64,000 nt of DNA from an uncultured Gammaproteobacteria bacterium (GTDB lineage Bacteria > Pseudomonadota > Gammaproteobacteria > GCF-002020875), in contig CAXCCG010000001.1 of NCBI GenBank assembly GCA_963981015.1, forward strand, positions 12,560 through 76,559, given 5' to 3'. The position numbers and the translations under genes were made by a program. Each line of letters opens with the position of its first letter. Within the stretch, counting starts at the first letter, position 1. Under the pieces are notes generated by a model that was not told the DNA's origin, did not search any database, and saw nothing but the letters and a program-made list of their open reading frames with translations. Positions 51,943 to 62,737 of the stretch are shown here, piece by piece.

Positions 51943-53385
51943 ATGAGAGAAACCACCCTCTACTGGCACGATTACGAAACATCTGGTGCAGACCCTCGCG
52001 GTGACCGTCCCGTCCAATTTGCCGGCATTCGCACAGACCTTGAGTTAAACCCCATTGGTGAACCACTCATGGTCTACTGCCGCCCCGGCATGGACTATCT
52101 TCCTCAACCGGGTGCCTGCATGGTGACCGGCATCACCCCACAGGAGGCTTTAAACAAGGGAAGTTGTGAAGTCGATTTCATTCAACAAGTTATGGATGAG
52201 TTAGCAGTGCCAGGCACCTGTGGTGTAGGCTACAACACACTACGTTTCGATGACGAAGTGACGCGCAACACACTCTACCGCAACCTCTATGACCCTTATG
52301 AACGTGAATGGAAATATGGCAATTCACGTTGGGATCTGATTGATCTTCTGCGCCTGACCCGGGCCCTTCGCCCGGAAGGGATTCAGTGGCCATTCTATGA
52401 AGATGGAAAACCCAGCATGAGACTGGAGCACCTCACTGCAATCAATGGAATTGACCACGGCATGGCACATGACGCACTGGCTGACGTTCACGCCACCATT
52501 GCCATGGCCCGCTTGGTAAAGGAGCAGCAACCCAAACTCTACCACTACATCTGGGATCATCGAGACAAAAAGAGCGCCTCTGCCCTGCTTAACCTGAAAA
52601 AAAAGACACCTCTGCTTCATGTCTCCTCAATGATCCCTTCTGAACGCAGCAATCTGGCTATTGTGATCCCCATCGCACGTCATCCTACCAATTCAAACGG
52701 GGTAATTGTCTACGATCTGTACCAGGACCCTACCCCATTGCTCTCACTCTCTGCACAAGAGATACAGTTGCGGCTCTTTACCCGCAATGAGGATCTACCC
52801 GAAGGAGTTGACAGAATTCCGTTAAAAACAGTCCACATCAACAAATGCCCCGTATTGGCACCACTCAATACACTCGATCATGATTCACAACAGCGCCTGA
52901 AAATCGATGTATCACTCCAGCTGCAGCATGCCGGGATACTGCAGAACAGTCCTCACTTCGCACAACAGGTCTCTCAAGCACACCTGCTCAACACCTTTCC
53001 TGAAGAGGTTGATCCAGACCGCATGATCTACAGTGGTTTTTTTGGTGATAGTGACAAACAACAGATGATGCGCATCCATACGCTCACTCCAGAACAGTTG
53101 GCGACCCAAACATTTACTTTCCAAGACCCTCGACTAGAACAGCTATTTTTCCGTTTTCGGGCCCGTAACTGGCCTGAATCGCTCAACGAGGAAGAGCAAC
53201 AGCACTGGAGACGATTCTGTCAACATCGAATTCTTGATCAGGATAGTGGTAGCTCTATCCACTATGCACAATTCCAGTCAGAGATTGCGACCCTGCTGCA
53301 AGAGCACGTTAATAACCCTGAAAAGATTCAGGTGCTGCAAGCCCTGATTGAGTATGGGGAACAACTACTCAATCAAGTACAATGA
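51943..53385 (+). CDS. sbcB: exodeoxyribonuclease I
   Basis: 480 aa; LYWHDYETSGADP DnaQ-like exonuclease motif I and ExoI-specific C-terminal domains. Confidence 0.93.
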   Translation: MRETTLYWHDYETSGADPRGDRPVQFAGIRTDLELNPIGEPLMVYCRPGMDYLPQPGACMVTGITPQEALNKGSCEVDFIQQVMDELAVPGTCGVGYNTLRFDDEVTRNTLYRNLYDPYEREWKYGNSRWDLIDLLRLTRALRPEGIQWPFYEDGKPSMRLEHLTAINGIDHGMAHDALADVHATIAMARLVKEQQPKLYHYIWDHRDKKSASALLNLKKKTPLLHVSSMIPSERSNLAIVIPIARHPTNSNGVIVYDLYQDPTPLLSLSAQEIQLRLFTRNEDLPEGVDRIPLKTVHINKCPVLAPLNTLDHDSQQRLKIDVSLQLQHAGILQNSPHFAQQVSQAHLLNTFPEEVDPDRMIYSGFFGDSDKQQMMRIHTLTPEQLATQTFTFQDPRLEQLFFRFRARNWPESLNEEEQQHWRRFCQHRILDQDSGSSIHYAQFQSEIATLLQEHVNNPEKIQVLQALIEYGEQLLNQVQ

Positions 53386-54260
53386 ATACGATCATAATAA
53401 CGGGCACGATAGAGCAACCGCTTTGAAGCGGGGTCATCTCCATCCTCAAACGTACTGCGATCATGCAGTACATTATTCGAAATCAGCCCCCACCCTGACT
53501 GCAGGGTCGCGTGAAAAATATGTTCACAATCACTCTTTAGTAGTTGTTCCAACCACGCCACAGCTTCCTGAACCAGTGGGTCCTGATTCCATACAATATT
53601 ACGCTTGCGCATCGTGTAACGCATATGGAGGTTACCCGCCGCAGTCACCATAAAGACCGGCCCAACCCGCTCTGGACGTAACTCCTCTCCATCAACTACA
53701 TGGTTTGGAATCACCATCGCATCCTCACGCATCAATGCCCTTACATAATCTGTACTCTCTTCTCTCATCAGCAGATAGGCCATCTCATGGTCCATCAAGC
53801 CATTTTCACCCCCTTCCATCGCAGGGCGAACACAATGAAGCAGGTTAGAGTAATTCTGTAGATCAAGACGATTGTAGTAACCGTCCGTATGCCAATGAAT
53901 TTCTTTATTCGTATAGGGGATATAGGGCGCATGAAGCTGATCATCCTGCACCGTTAATGCGGTTACTGCATCCTCTTCTGCACCCCTGTTATGGTTGATG
54001 TTATTACAGCCAAAACGCATACCCACTGCACGAGGAATATAGGTCCCCTCCTCTCCACCCAAGGCACTGACATAGATTGCCATATTGGAGCGACGACAAC
54101 GCTCCAGCACGGCCTGATGTTCGCTGGCACTAATGGTTCTTGGATCATCGATCTCAACCAGTAGCTCGTTTAGGGATGCCGGTGCTTGTGACAGTTTACG
54201 ATCACGCCAACGCAACCAGCTATCACTTTTGGCTAACTCAAATGGACTGTGATTACTCAT
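53373..54260 (-). CDS. TauD/TfdA-like Fe(II)/2-oxoglutarate-dependent dioxygenase
   Basis: 295 aa; HWHTDGYY facial-triad-like motif; clavaminate-synthase-like size. Confidence 0.55.
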   Translation of the reverse strand: MSNHSPFELAKSDSWLRWRDRKLSQAPASLNELLVEIDDPRTISASEHQAVLERCRRSNMAIYVSALGGEEGTYIPRAVGMRFGCNNINHNRGAEEDAVTALTVQDDQLHAPYIPYTNKEIHWHTDGYYNRLDLQNYSNLLHCVRPAMEGGENGLMDHEMAYLLMREESTDYVRALMREDAMVIPNHVVDGEELRPERVGPVFMVTAAGNLHMRYTMRKRNIVWNQDPLVQEAVAWLEQLLKSDCEHIFHATLQSGWGLISNNVLHDRSTFEDGDDPASKRLLYRARYYDRIHCT

Positions 54261-54293
54261 GATTTTATATCATCCTGTTCTGTCAGAAAATTA

Positions 54294-55235
54294 TTAGAAC
54301 TCATTGGCCTCAACTTCAAGGTAAGCATACCCCACATGCCTTCCTATTTCCAGCTCATAGCCTACCCAATTTCTATAGTGTATCGTCTGCTCAACAACAA
54401 TCGGTTTTACTTCGTCACTCTCAATCCCCTCATCAAAGGCGTACAGTGCAGCACCATAAACTGTATTCAGATAATCCGCAAATGTAGTAACAACCTCACT
54501 ACCTCCAGTTGGGCCATGACCGGGCACCCATGTCTCGGCACCACTCTTCAATACCTGTTGCAGCGCATTAGCGTTTCCCAGGAAAGTACCATCCTGCATA
54601 CCACCAAAACGGCCCGACATAGCATTATCTCCCAGAAAAACCATCTTCTCTTCCACCACCTCCACCATTAGATCTGTATGGGTGTGTGATTGCCCATAAT
54701 GGTGCATACGAAAAGTATGGTTTCCAATTTTTATTTCATCACCATGATTGAGGGCACGGTTAGGAAGCTCTGCAACTGTTCCACGGGTAAAGCCCTCCGT
54801 CAATCGATCCATCATTGCAAGCCACTGACCGGCTTTTCCCTCTTCTGCCTCCTTGATCAGGTTGGGATGCCCATAGATTGGAGCATCAGGATAAGCTGCC
54901 CGTATTGCTTGATTGCCAAACCAATGGTCACCATGTACATGGGTGTTAAAGGTGGCTACTATAGGGGCAGAGGTCACTTGCTTGACCATCCGTAAAACCA
55001 TCTCACCGACCTGAACACTAGAGCCTGGATCAACCAGTACCACCCCCGCTTCAGTAATAATCATCCCCGGATTATTTATAAAACCCTGATTTTCTGCTGT
55101 AGGATGACCCAGAGGACCATGCATCACCCAACCATTTGCGGTTACCTGCTCGAATGGAAAATTTTTCACCACATTTTTTGCCTCAGCAATCAGGGAAAAC
55201 ATCCCCAGTAGAAATATCGTTAGAAAAACTCTCAT
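54294..55235 (-). CDS. MBL-fold metallo-hydrolase, secreted
   Basis: 313 aa; signal peptide; [10 protein letters not shown] metallo-beta-lactamase motif. Confidence 0.85.
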   Translation of the reverse strand: MRVFLTIFLLGMFSLIAEAKNVVKNFPFEQVTANGWVMHGPLGHPTAENQGFINNPGMIITEAGVVLVDPGSSVQVGEMVLRMVKQVTSAPIVATFNTHVHGDHWFGNQAIRAAYPDAPIYGHPNLIKEAEEGKAGQWLAMMDRLTEGFTRGTVAELPNRALNHGDEIKIGNHTFRMHHYGQSHTHTDLMVEVVEEKMVFLGDNAMSGRFGGMQDGTFLGNANALQQVLKSGAETWVPGHGPTGGSEVVTTFADYLNTVYGAALYAFDEGIESDEVKPIVVEQTIHYRNWVGYELEIGRHVGYAYLEVEANEF

Positions 55236-55330
55236 TACATCTCCTTATAATCGATTATTATTATGCCACCCACTTATTGAGTATATCTACCCAATATTAT
55301 TCCATCCCAACCAGAAACCTTATATATTTC

Positions 55331-55672
55331 ATGTGCACACTTTCAGAAGAGCGTTGTGAGGCCTGTCAGACAGGGGCACCCAAAGTCAGCGATCAAGAGA
55401 TGGCAATTTTAGTTCGTTCTGTTCCAGAGTGGAACTTTGAAACCCGAGACAATATCTTGCAGCTTGAACGAAGTTACTCTTTTCCAAACTTTGTCGATGC
55501 TCTCACTTTCACCCGGAAGATTGGTGAGCTTGCCGAGCAGGAGGGGCACCACCCTGCAATCTTAACGGAGTGGGGAAAGAGCACCGTAACCTGGTGGAGC
55601 CACAAGATTGGTGGATTGCACCGTAACGACTTCATTATGGCAGCCAAAACTGACCAGATCTTCAATCAGTAA
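55331..55672 (+). CDS. phhB: pterin-4-alpha-carbinolamine dehydratase (PCD/DCoH)
   Basis: 113 aa from [12 protein letters not shown]; EQEGHHP catalytic motif. The longer ORF called at 55136 is probably over-extended. Confidence 0.85.
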   Translation: MCTLSEERCEACQTGAPKVSDQEMAILVRSVPEWNFETRDNILQLERSYSFPNFVDALTFTRKIGELAEQEGHHPAILTEWGKSTVTWWSHKIGGLHRNDFIMAAKTDQIFNQ

Positions 55673-55680
55673 GGTCACAG

Positions 55681-56058
55681 ATGACCAAGATTAAAATTAC
55701 CCCCGAAAACAAGTGTAGTTTCTGCAAGGGGACCAAGTGTTGCAGCTATTTTACCCAGCAGATTGATACTCCCCGCAGTAAAGAGGATTTTCAGACCCTA
55801 CTCTGGCAAATTGCGCACCACAACGTGGATATCTATCAAGATGAAGATGGCTGGTTTCTCCTGATCAATAACCCCTGTCAGTTTCTGGAAAAGAGTGGTG
55901 CATGCGGAATCTACAAGGATCGCCCTACCATCTGTCGTGAATATGAGAATGACTGGTGTGAATATGATGAACCGGCTGAGAAGCACTTCAAGCGCCACTT
56001 CACCAGCTATCAAGAACTCTTAAAATATTGCAGGAAACGCTTTAAACGGTGGCCATAA
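55681..56058 (+). CDS. YkgJ-family cysteine-cluster protein (UPF0153)
   Basis: 125 aa; CSFCKGTKCC plus CGIYKDRPTICREY motifs. Confidence 0.75.
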   Translation: MTKIKITPENKCSFCKGTKCCSYFTQQIDTPRSKEDFQTLLWQIAHHNVDIYQDEDGWFLLINNPCQFLEKSGACGIYKDRPTICREYENDWCEYDEPAEKHFKRHFTSYQELLKYCRKRFKRWP

Positions 56059-56127
56059 GCACCGCCCCCCATAGGCACCACCAAGAACCGATAAACGGCT
56101 GTCGACGGCCACAAGGACCATAAAACA

Positions 56128-57003
56128 ATGAATGAAAGCAGCGACGAAAATCTGCCCTATATTATCGATGTAAATGAAAGTAATTTTGAAGAGGCCGTAC
56201 TACAAGCCTCCTTTAAAGTTCCGGTGATGGTCGATTTCTGGGCTCCCTGGTGCAACCCATGCAAGATGTTAATGCCGATTGTCACCAAGCTGGCCGAGGA
56301 GTTTGAGGGAAAGTTCATTCTTGCCAAGGTCAATGTTGATGAAAATCAACCACTGGCAACCCAATTCAATGCACGTAGTGTTCCTGCGGTTAAAATCTTC
56401 CGCAATGGGGCTGTTGTTGATGAATTTATGGGTGCTCAACCTGAAAGTAATGTACGCAAAGTTCTCGATAACCATATAGAGCGTGCCTCAGATCAGGCAC
56501 GACTTGAGGCCAGCAAACTAATTCAACAGGGGGACCTGGATGATGCCATCGAGTTACTCCGGAAAGCCAACAGGGACGACCCTGATAATCCCAGGGTACG
56601 TAGTGATCTGATTGCCACTCTATTTCTACTCGAGGATTATGACCAGGTAGAGGAAGCCATTAAGGCACTGCCAGCCATAGAGCAAGAGGCCGATGAAATA
56701 AAGGGGCTGAAAAATCGGCTGCTATTCGCCAAAATAACCGTGAAAGCAGCAGATATGGATACACTGAAAAGTACCATCGCACAAAATCCCGACAACAGTG
56801 AGGCACGTTACCAATATGCGGCCCGACTTGTGATGGAAGGCGGGACTGAAGAAGGACTCAGTGAACTATTGATTCTCTTAATGCGGGATCGTAACTATGG
56901 TGATGATGCTGCACGAAAGGCGATGCTTGCAATTCTCGATTCCATGGGGGATCACACTACAGCTAATCAGTGGCGACGTAAGATAGCCAACACCATACTC
57001 TGA
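56128..57003 (+). CDS. ybbN: thioredoxin-TPR co-chaperone YbbN/CnoX
   Basis: 291 aa; thioredoxin fold WAPWCNPCK followed by TPR-like repeats. Confidence 0.88.
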   Translation: MNESSDENLPYIIDVNESNFEEAVLQASFKVPVMVDFWAPWCNPCKMLMPIVTKLAEEFEGKFILAKVNVDENQPLATQFNARSVPAVKIFRNGAVVDEFMGAQPESNVRKVLDNHIERASDQARLEASKLIQQGDLDDAIELLRKANRDDPDNPRVRSDLIATLFLLEDYDQVEEAIKALPAIEQEADEIKGLKNRLLFAKITVKAADMDTLKSTIAQNPDNSEARYQYAARLVMEGGTEEGLSELLILLMRDRNYGDDAARKAMLAILDSMGDHTTANQWRRKIANTIL

Positions 57004-57035
57004 AAAAGGCTAAAATCTCTCAGGCAATCTGACAA

Positions 57036-60000
57036 TCACTCCTCCACCACCTTCTGGAGGTGTTGCATTAACGTCCGTCTCAGCTCAATACGGTCAATCG
57101 GCTTCCCAAGAAAACCAGAACAGCCCGCAGCCTCAAATTCTTGATAGTGCTGGGGCATCATATTTGCCGTCAAGGCATAGATTGGCTGCTCATAACCTGA
57201 CTCTCGCAACCGCCTTGTAGCCTCAATACCATTCATCACCGGCATCTGCATATCCATCAGCACCAGATCAAAGTGACCCGCTGACGCGAGCTCTATCGCC
57301 TCTTGACCATTATTGGCCATTACCGCCTCTGCTCCATAACGATTGAGGATACGTCGTAATAGAATTTGTAGTTCAGGAGCATCCTCTGCAACCAGCACGC
57401 GCCCACTGAAGAGATCACTACTCGCTGCAGTAAATTGTTCTGCATCCTGCCGGACAGACTCTTTGACTGCACTCAATTTGAGAGGCAGGTACAACTCAAA
57501 CCTGGAGCCTTTGCCAACTTTACTCTCCACTTGCAGGAACCCACCCATTTGACGCACCAGAGAGTGTGAAATATAGAGCCCTAACCCGGCCCCCCTGAAA
57601 CGGCGCGTTGTCGCAAAATCACCCTGTTCATAGGGTTGAAACAGCCGCTTCAGTGACTCTGGAGGTATACCGATACCCTGGTCCTCAACCGTAAACTGAA
57701 GCTGTTCACTATTTTTATCGACATTGATGGAAAAAGTCACCACCCCTTGATCGCTATATTTGATTGCATTGCCCAACAGATTGGTTAACACTTGATTGAT
57801 TCGTCTTACATCTCCATTCAGTGCCTCCGTAAAATCAGCACTCTGAAACTCGACAACAAACTCCAACCCTGCCTGACTCGCCTGTAGGCTAAACATTTGC
57901 TGTAAATTTTCAACCAGCCGAGTCAAATAATAAGGCTGATCAAAAACCTCAAATTTACCTGATTCAATTTTAGAAATATCCAGAATATCGTTAATAATGG
58001 AGAGCAGTCCGCGGCTGGCAAGATCAATCGAGTGGAGCATTCTCTGCTGTGACTCTTGCAGTGAAGTTGCAGAGAGCAACTCACAATTTCCGATCACAGA
58101 GGCCAATGGTGTTCTCAACTCATGGCTCATTGCTGCCAGAAACTCATCCTTGGTGCGGTTACTTTCCCGCGCGCGTTCCACACCAATCAGCTCATTCAGG
58201 TCATGTAGTACCAGCACGGCCCCTTTAAATTGCTGCTCTCCATGTACCGCCTGAAATAGTGGTGCCCCTGAAACATAGACCGCAACACTCTGACCAGCAG
58301 CCCCCCTCAAGTGACGCTCTTTATGGCGTTCCACAAAGAGTTCACCAAACTCCGTCACCTGGAACTGCTCCCACTGATTCAGGTCAAATGGATTATGCAG
58401 CAAAACCAAAACGATCTGTCTCCCTTCTGCATGCAACGGTAGCAGACCCACCTCCACCTCAAGCACTACTCCCTCGGCATTGAGTAGAGGAAACACCCCT
58501 TCCCCCATCATCCTTGACTCCGTACTCTGGAAAAATTGCTCTACATGAGTATGATGATGCTCTTTATGTTCTCCGGGTATGAGCTGTGTCAGCCCCTGGC
58601 CCACCAACTCACCAGTCTTCCAACCGGTAAACTTCTCCATTGCATAATTTGAGCGTATCACAACGCCATGCTCATCAACCAAGAGCGTTGCAATAGAAGA
58701 TTCATCACACATCTGATAAAGGTATTGCACCCTTTTATCCAATATTTTCTGCAGTTTCTTATCTGCATTTTTCAGGATCTGCTCTCCAGTAGTTGGAAGC
58801 AGACCTGCATCCTCTCCTACAAACAGGGTCTGAACTGAACGCCCAATCAAACGTTCATGATGGAGTCCGGTCCACTGCTCTAATTGACTATTGACTCGAA
58901 CAATACGGTTGGATGAATCAACCACAATCAACCCTTCCTGAATTGAGGCCAGAATAGAGGCATTCTCATTGCTCTGCTGCCGCAATTCAGCCGTACGCTC
59001 CTCCACCTTATTTTCCAGCCGCTGCTCGCTCTTCTTTTGCGCGGCAACCATCTCTTTGAGAGAGGCTGCCAACAGATTGAGCTCCTGGACCTTGCCATAG
59101 GGGTAGACATCAATGTGGTGGTTCTTGGTGGCCTCTGTCAAATGCTCAATCGGTTGCACCAGAGCGTGCGCATATCGATAGATTACAACAACCAAAATCA
59201 ATAGCAGCAAAGGAAGAGAGAGCAGAATATTTTCCCGCATCGTCTCCACGGGTCGAATGGCCTCCTCCTGATAACGCAGTACAACCATGCCCCATTCCAG
59301 CTCTGGTATCCAGTCCCACACCGCATAGACCGGGTCACAGCCACCGCTCAACATCCATCCTGACCCGACCTGCTTTTGTAACGCATGGGTCATTGAGAAT
59401 CTTTCTGGCTCATTCAACATCAGTTCAGCGCATGCTTCATCTTGTTCATGCAATAAATCAACTCGATAGTGGTTGATAAAGTTAATCCCTTGCCGGTCCA
59501 TCCTCTGTTGGGCAACGACAACATCTCCGGTCTCCCCGAGTCCACTATGACTCTCCAGGAGTGAACTTAACTGATCCAGTGAAAACGGCCTCACCAACAC
59601 ACCGGACAGCCTTTTCCCGCCATCGCTCTGTTCAGTAAAAAGGGGTTCACCCATCAATACTGTTGCACGCTGCATCTGTTCGACCCAACCAAAATTGGAG
59701 ACTACCAGTTTATGCTCTGACTTCACTTTTTTCAGCAGATCAGAGATCACGGTCTCTCCATAAAATCCATTCTCGCTGAGATCAACGCCCAGTTCACTCT
59801 GCATGGGCTGTAGTGAAAAGACCAATGCTCCCTGTGGACTCACAATAAAGAGTTCATCCACCTCCTGCATTCTCAATAAAGGTTGATATTCTGAGCGAAA
59901 AAAACCACTTAGACGCTGGTATCGTTCTGAGTCAACGCCGTCTTCCTGGTATGCACGAACCAATTGAACTGCATTGATACGTATTGTTGTGGTTTGTGAA

Positions 60001-60212
60001 AGTTGCTTAGTCCACCGTTTCTGCTGGTCAAAAAGCTCGAGAATCTGCTCTTTGCGCAATTCTGCATGATAGCGTAAAGACTTTTCTAGTGACTCCTCCA
60101 ACATACGGTCAGAGAAAATGTAGATAACCCCACCGATCAAGAGTGTTGTAATGAGCAGAACAACAAGACTTGCCCTTAAGTAGTGCTCAAAGATTGAACG
60201 TGTTGCTACCAC
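57036..60212 (-). CDS. hybrid sensor histidine kinase/response regulator (periplasmic sensor, HAMP, 2 PAS, HisKA, HATPase, REC)
   Basis: 1058 aa; H-box AMSHELRTPL, N/G boxes, C-terminal receiver with DLVLMDMQMP. Confidence 0.9.
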   Translation of the reverse strand: MVATRSIFEHYLRASLVVLLITTLLIGGVIYIFSDRMLEESLEKSLRYHAELRKEQILELFDQQKRWTKQLSQTTTIRINAVQLVRAYQEDGVDSERYQRLSGFFRSEYQPLLRMQEVDELFIVSPQGALVFSLQPMQSELGVDLSENGFYGETVISDLLKKVKSEHKLVVSNFGWVEQMQRATVLMGEPLFTEQSDGGKRLSGVLVRPFSLDQLSSLLESHSGLGETGDVVVAQQRMDRQGINFINHYRVDLLHEQDEACAELMLNEPERFSMTHALQKQVGSGWMLSGGCDPVYAVWDWIPELEWGMVVLRYQEEAIRPVETMRENILLSLPLLLLILVVVIYRYAHALVQPIEHLTEATKNHHIDVYPYGKVQELNLLAASLKEMVAAQKKSEQRLENKVEERTAELRQQSNENASILASIQEGLIVVDSSNRIVRVNSQLEQWTGLHHERLIGRSVQTLFVGEDAGLLPTTGEQILKNADKKLQKILDKRVQYLYQMCDESSIATLLVDEHGVVIRSNYAMEKFTGWKTGELVGQGLTQLIPGEHKEHHHTHVEQFFQSTESRMMGEGVFPLLNAEGVVLEVEVGLLPLHAEGRQIVLVLLHNPFDLNQWEQFQVTEFGELFVERHKERHLRGAAGQSVAVYVSGAPLFQAVHGEQQFKGAVLVLHDLNELIGVERARESNRTKDEFLAAMSHELRTPLASVIGNCELLSATSLQESQQRMLHSIDLASRGLLSIINDILDISKIESGKFEVFDQPYYLTRLVENLQQMFSLQASQAGLEFVVEFQSADFTEALNGDVRRINQVLTNLLGNAIKYSDQGVVTFSINVDKNSEQLQFTVEDQGIGIPPESLKRLFQPYEQGDFATTRRFRGAGLGLYISHSLVRQMGGFLQVESKVGKGSRFELYLPLKLSAVKESVRQDAEQFTAASSDLFSGRVLVAEDAPELQILLRRILNRYGAEAVMANNGQEAIELASAGHFDLVLMDMQMPVMNGIEATRRLRESGYEQPIYALTANMMPQHYQEFEAAGCSGFLGKPIDRIELRRTLMQHLQKVVEE

Positions 60213-60391
60213 TGCCCCAAACCTCCATCCATCCGCTCATCACACTCCAACAGTGTGTGATCCCATTGATTCAATTGATTCAATTGAACTCACGGTACAC
60301 CGACTACCCACTAAACTCAACCAGAAACCTGAACAATCTCCATATTCACCAGCCAGTAGAGAAAGAGGCTTGAGATAAAAGTCGGGCTGAC

Positions 60392-61642
60392 TTATCGCAC
60401 CGAATAGCGTGGAATTTTTGAAAAAGAGGGTAACGTATCCAGCTTGGGTAATGAGAGGCCACTCATCCCCCCCACCTCGGTCAACTTATGGATAATTCCC
60501 CACTGCACTGGAGGAAAGTGGTTTCCAAAACGCAGCGCCGCCTTTCTCAATAGTTTTGCGGGCAATGTCTCATTGGTAAAGAGGCGGACAATCGCATTGG
60601 TGCCGTGAAAAATAGGACGACTTGCAAGCTGCTGCCTATGATCATAGTGTTGCAACACCGGCTCAGCATAAAATGGCTCACCATTGGCAATCGCCTGCTT
60701 CATACGTTTCGCTAAACTAGCCTGTCCACGTAACCCCAGATTATAACCATGTGCCGTCACAGGATGCATGCCTACTGCTGCATCTCCCAGTAGCACAAAG
60801 CGTGTTGAATGAAGGCGATTGGCATGTACTGCAACCAGTGGATAGGCATACCGTTGCCCCACCAGCTCCATCTCACCAAACTGCCCACCCAAACCTTCAG
60901 CGATGGTTGCATTAAACAGCGCTGGTTCCATATTGAGATAACGATCTGCCTGGCTTGTCGGAACCGTAATGACAACAGATGCCCGATCACCATTCAGCGG
61001 TAACAGTGCCAGGGTTCTCCCATAACGAAAACACTCCCAGGCTGTCTGTTGGTGTGGACGCTGATGGTTGGCACGAAACACGATTGCGGTCCGCCCAAAG
61101 TCGAACATCTCTGCTGAGATTCCCATCATTCTACGGGTTGAGGAGAAACGGTTATCGGCAGAGACCACCATCTCAGCCTCAATCTGTTCCCCGCTGGCCA
61201 GTGTCACCAAGGCACCTTGATCATCCGTACTCAGACCTGTGACCTCACACTCCGCCTGAACCTCTACGTTATTGGCTTCAACCACCTGATCATAGATCGC
61301 CTGACGAATGGTATGGTTGGAGATCAGATATCCTAACTCGTTCACAGCCCGCCCGTGAGTGTCAAACGCCAAGGTATAATCCGATGCCCCATCGACCACT
61401 TTTGCCGCTTCAAGTGGCGCAATCTCACTACTATCAATACGCTCCCAAAGCCCTAACTCCTGCATCACTTTTTTAGAGTGGTGGGTAATGGCAAAATCAC
61501 GCCCATCATACTGAGGAGACCGAATATCCTTTAACGACTGACGCTCCAGAATGAGCACATTGAGTTTGGTGTCCGCCAATGAGCAACCAAAGCTGAGGCC
61601 TGCCGCGCCCCCTCCAATGACAACCACATCAACTCGTTTCAT
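60392..61642 (-). CDS. FAD-dependent monooxygenase, UbiH/UbiF/Coq6 family
   Basis: 416 aa; VVIGGGAAG dinucleotide fold, GDAAVGMHPVTAHGYNLGLRG signature. Confidence 0.8.
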   Translation of the reverse strand: MKRVDVVVIGGGAAGLSFGCSLADTKLNVLILERQSLKDIRSPQYDGRDFAITHHSKKVMQELGLWERIDSSEIAPLEAAKVVDGASDYTLAFDTHGRAVNELGYLISNHTIRQAIYDQVVEANNVEVQAECEVTGLSTDDQGALVTLASGEQIEAEMVVSADNRFSSTRRMMGISAEMFDFGRTAIVFRANHQRPHQQTAWECFRYGRTLALLPLNGDRASVVITVPTSQADRYLNMEPALFNATIAEGLGGQFGEMELVGQRYAYPLVAVHANRLHSTRFVLLGDAAVGMHPVTAHGYNLGLRGQASLAKRMKQAIANGEPFYAEPVLQHYDHRQQLASRPIFHGTNAIVRLFTNETLPAKLLRKAALRFGNHFPPVQWGIIHKLTEVGGMSGLSLPKLDTLPSFSKIPRYSVR

Positions 61643-62583
61643 ATCGACCTCACCCGTTGTACCTGAGACAGCTCTGGTTGGCGACTCTTAACATGCCGAC
61701 GTCTCAGCTCCTCTTCAATAGCATTGAGCACTTTCCACTTCTTGCCACACCACAGCGGTGTCAAAAGAATACTTTCAGAGGCCGTAGCCGTCAGCCGATG
61801 GTAGACCATCTCTTCAGGGGCCTGTTCAATCCAATTAACTACCGTCTCAACATACATCTCCTGGCTCATTGGCTCAAATTCTCCCTGACGCCACTGATTC
61901 GCCAACATCGTCCCTTTGACAACATGTAGCGGATGAAACTTAAAGCCATCGGTACCTAACTCCAACACCCGCTCCATAGTCTCCCGGTAATGGTATTCAT
62001 CCTCTCCGGGCAGTCCTGCAATCAGGTGAGTACAGAGCTGTAACCCTCTCAACTGCGACGCTCGTACTGCCTGACGGTATTCCGAAAAGTAGTGGAGCCG
62101 GTTGACCCGATCCAGTGTCGTATCAAATGCCGACTGTAACCCCAACTCCAGCCACACCTCATGCCCCTCTTCACGATAACCGGCCAGTAGATCGAGGACA
62201 GGATCCGGTACACAGTCGGGTCGGGTACCCACAGAGATCCCTAACACATCAGGTTCAGCTAACGCTTCCCGGTACATTTGATCTAATGCTTGAGGATCTG
62301 CATAGGTATTGGTATAGGCTTGGAAATAGGCGATATAACGTTTAGCACCGGTACGTTTTTGAATTACCTGACGGCCCGATTCAACCTGTTCCGCTACGCC
62401 ACGTGATTTTCGTCCGTGAGGGCTGAAAGAGACGTTATTACAGAATGTGCAACCTCCTCTTCCTTTTGTTCCATCGATATTGGGGCAAGTAAACCCTGCA
62501 TCAATCGCAACTTTGTGAACCCGCGTTCCAAAGCGCACCTTCATGGTACTCCCGAAGGTGCGAATATAGTCTGTCAGTGCCAT
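61639..62583 (-). CDS. TIGR01212-family radical SAM protein
   Basis: 314 aa; CPNIDGTKGRGGCTFC radical SAM cluster motif typical of YhcC/TIGR01212. Confidence 0.85.
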   Translation of the reverse strand: MALTDYIRTFGSTMKVRFGTRVHKVAIDAGFTCPNIDGTKGRGGCTFCNNVSFSPHGRKSRGVAEQVESGRQVIQKRTGAKRYIAYFQAYTNTYADPQALDQMYREALAEPDVLGISVGTRPDCVPDPVLDLLAGYREEGHEVWLELGLQSAFDTTLDRVNRLHYFSEYRQAVRASQLRGLQLCTHLIAGLPGEDEYHYRETMERVLELGTDGFKFHPLHVVKGTMLANQWRQGEFEPMSQEMYVETVVNWIEQAPEEMVYHRLTATASESILLTPLWCGKKWKVLNAIEEELRRRHVKSRQPELSQVQRVRSI

Positions 62584-62737
62584 AACGGCCCATCATACCT
62601 GATATAGGTCATAAGAGGGGTCCCTCCCTGAAGAGAGGAGAGTACTCGTATACCATTCACCGTCGCCTGTTTTCTGTATACAACGAACACTCAATAACCC
62701 TGCCGATCACACGATAACCAAAAGTAGCCGCTATGAT

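Noticed and set aside
55136-55330. N-terminal 65-aa extension of the pterin dehydratase ORF
   Set aside because: The extension is hydrophobic and low-complexity and is absent from PCD homologs (~110 aa); the internal Met at 55331 is the probable start.
60265-60292. Short tandem ttgattcaa repeat (about 2.5 units)
   Set aside because: Too short and unique to be meaningful; lies in the UTR between the sensor kinase and the ubiH-like gene.
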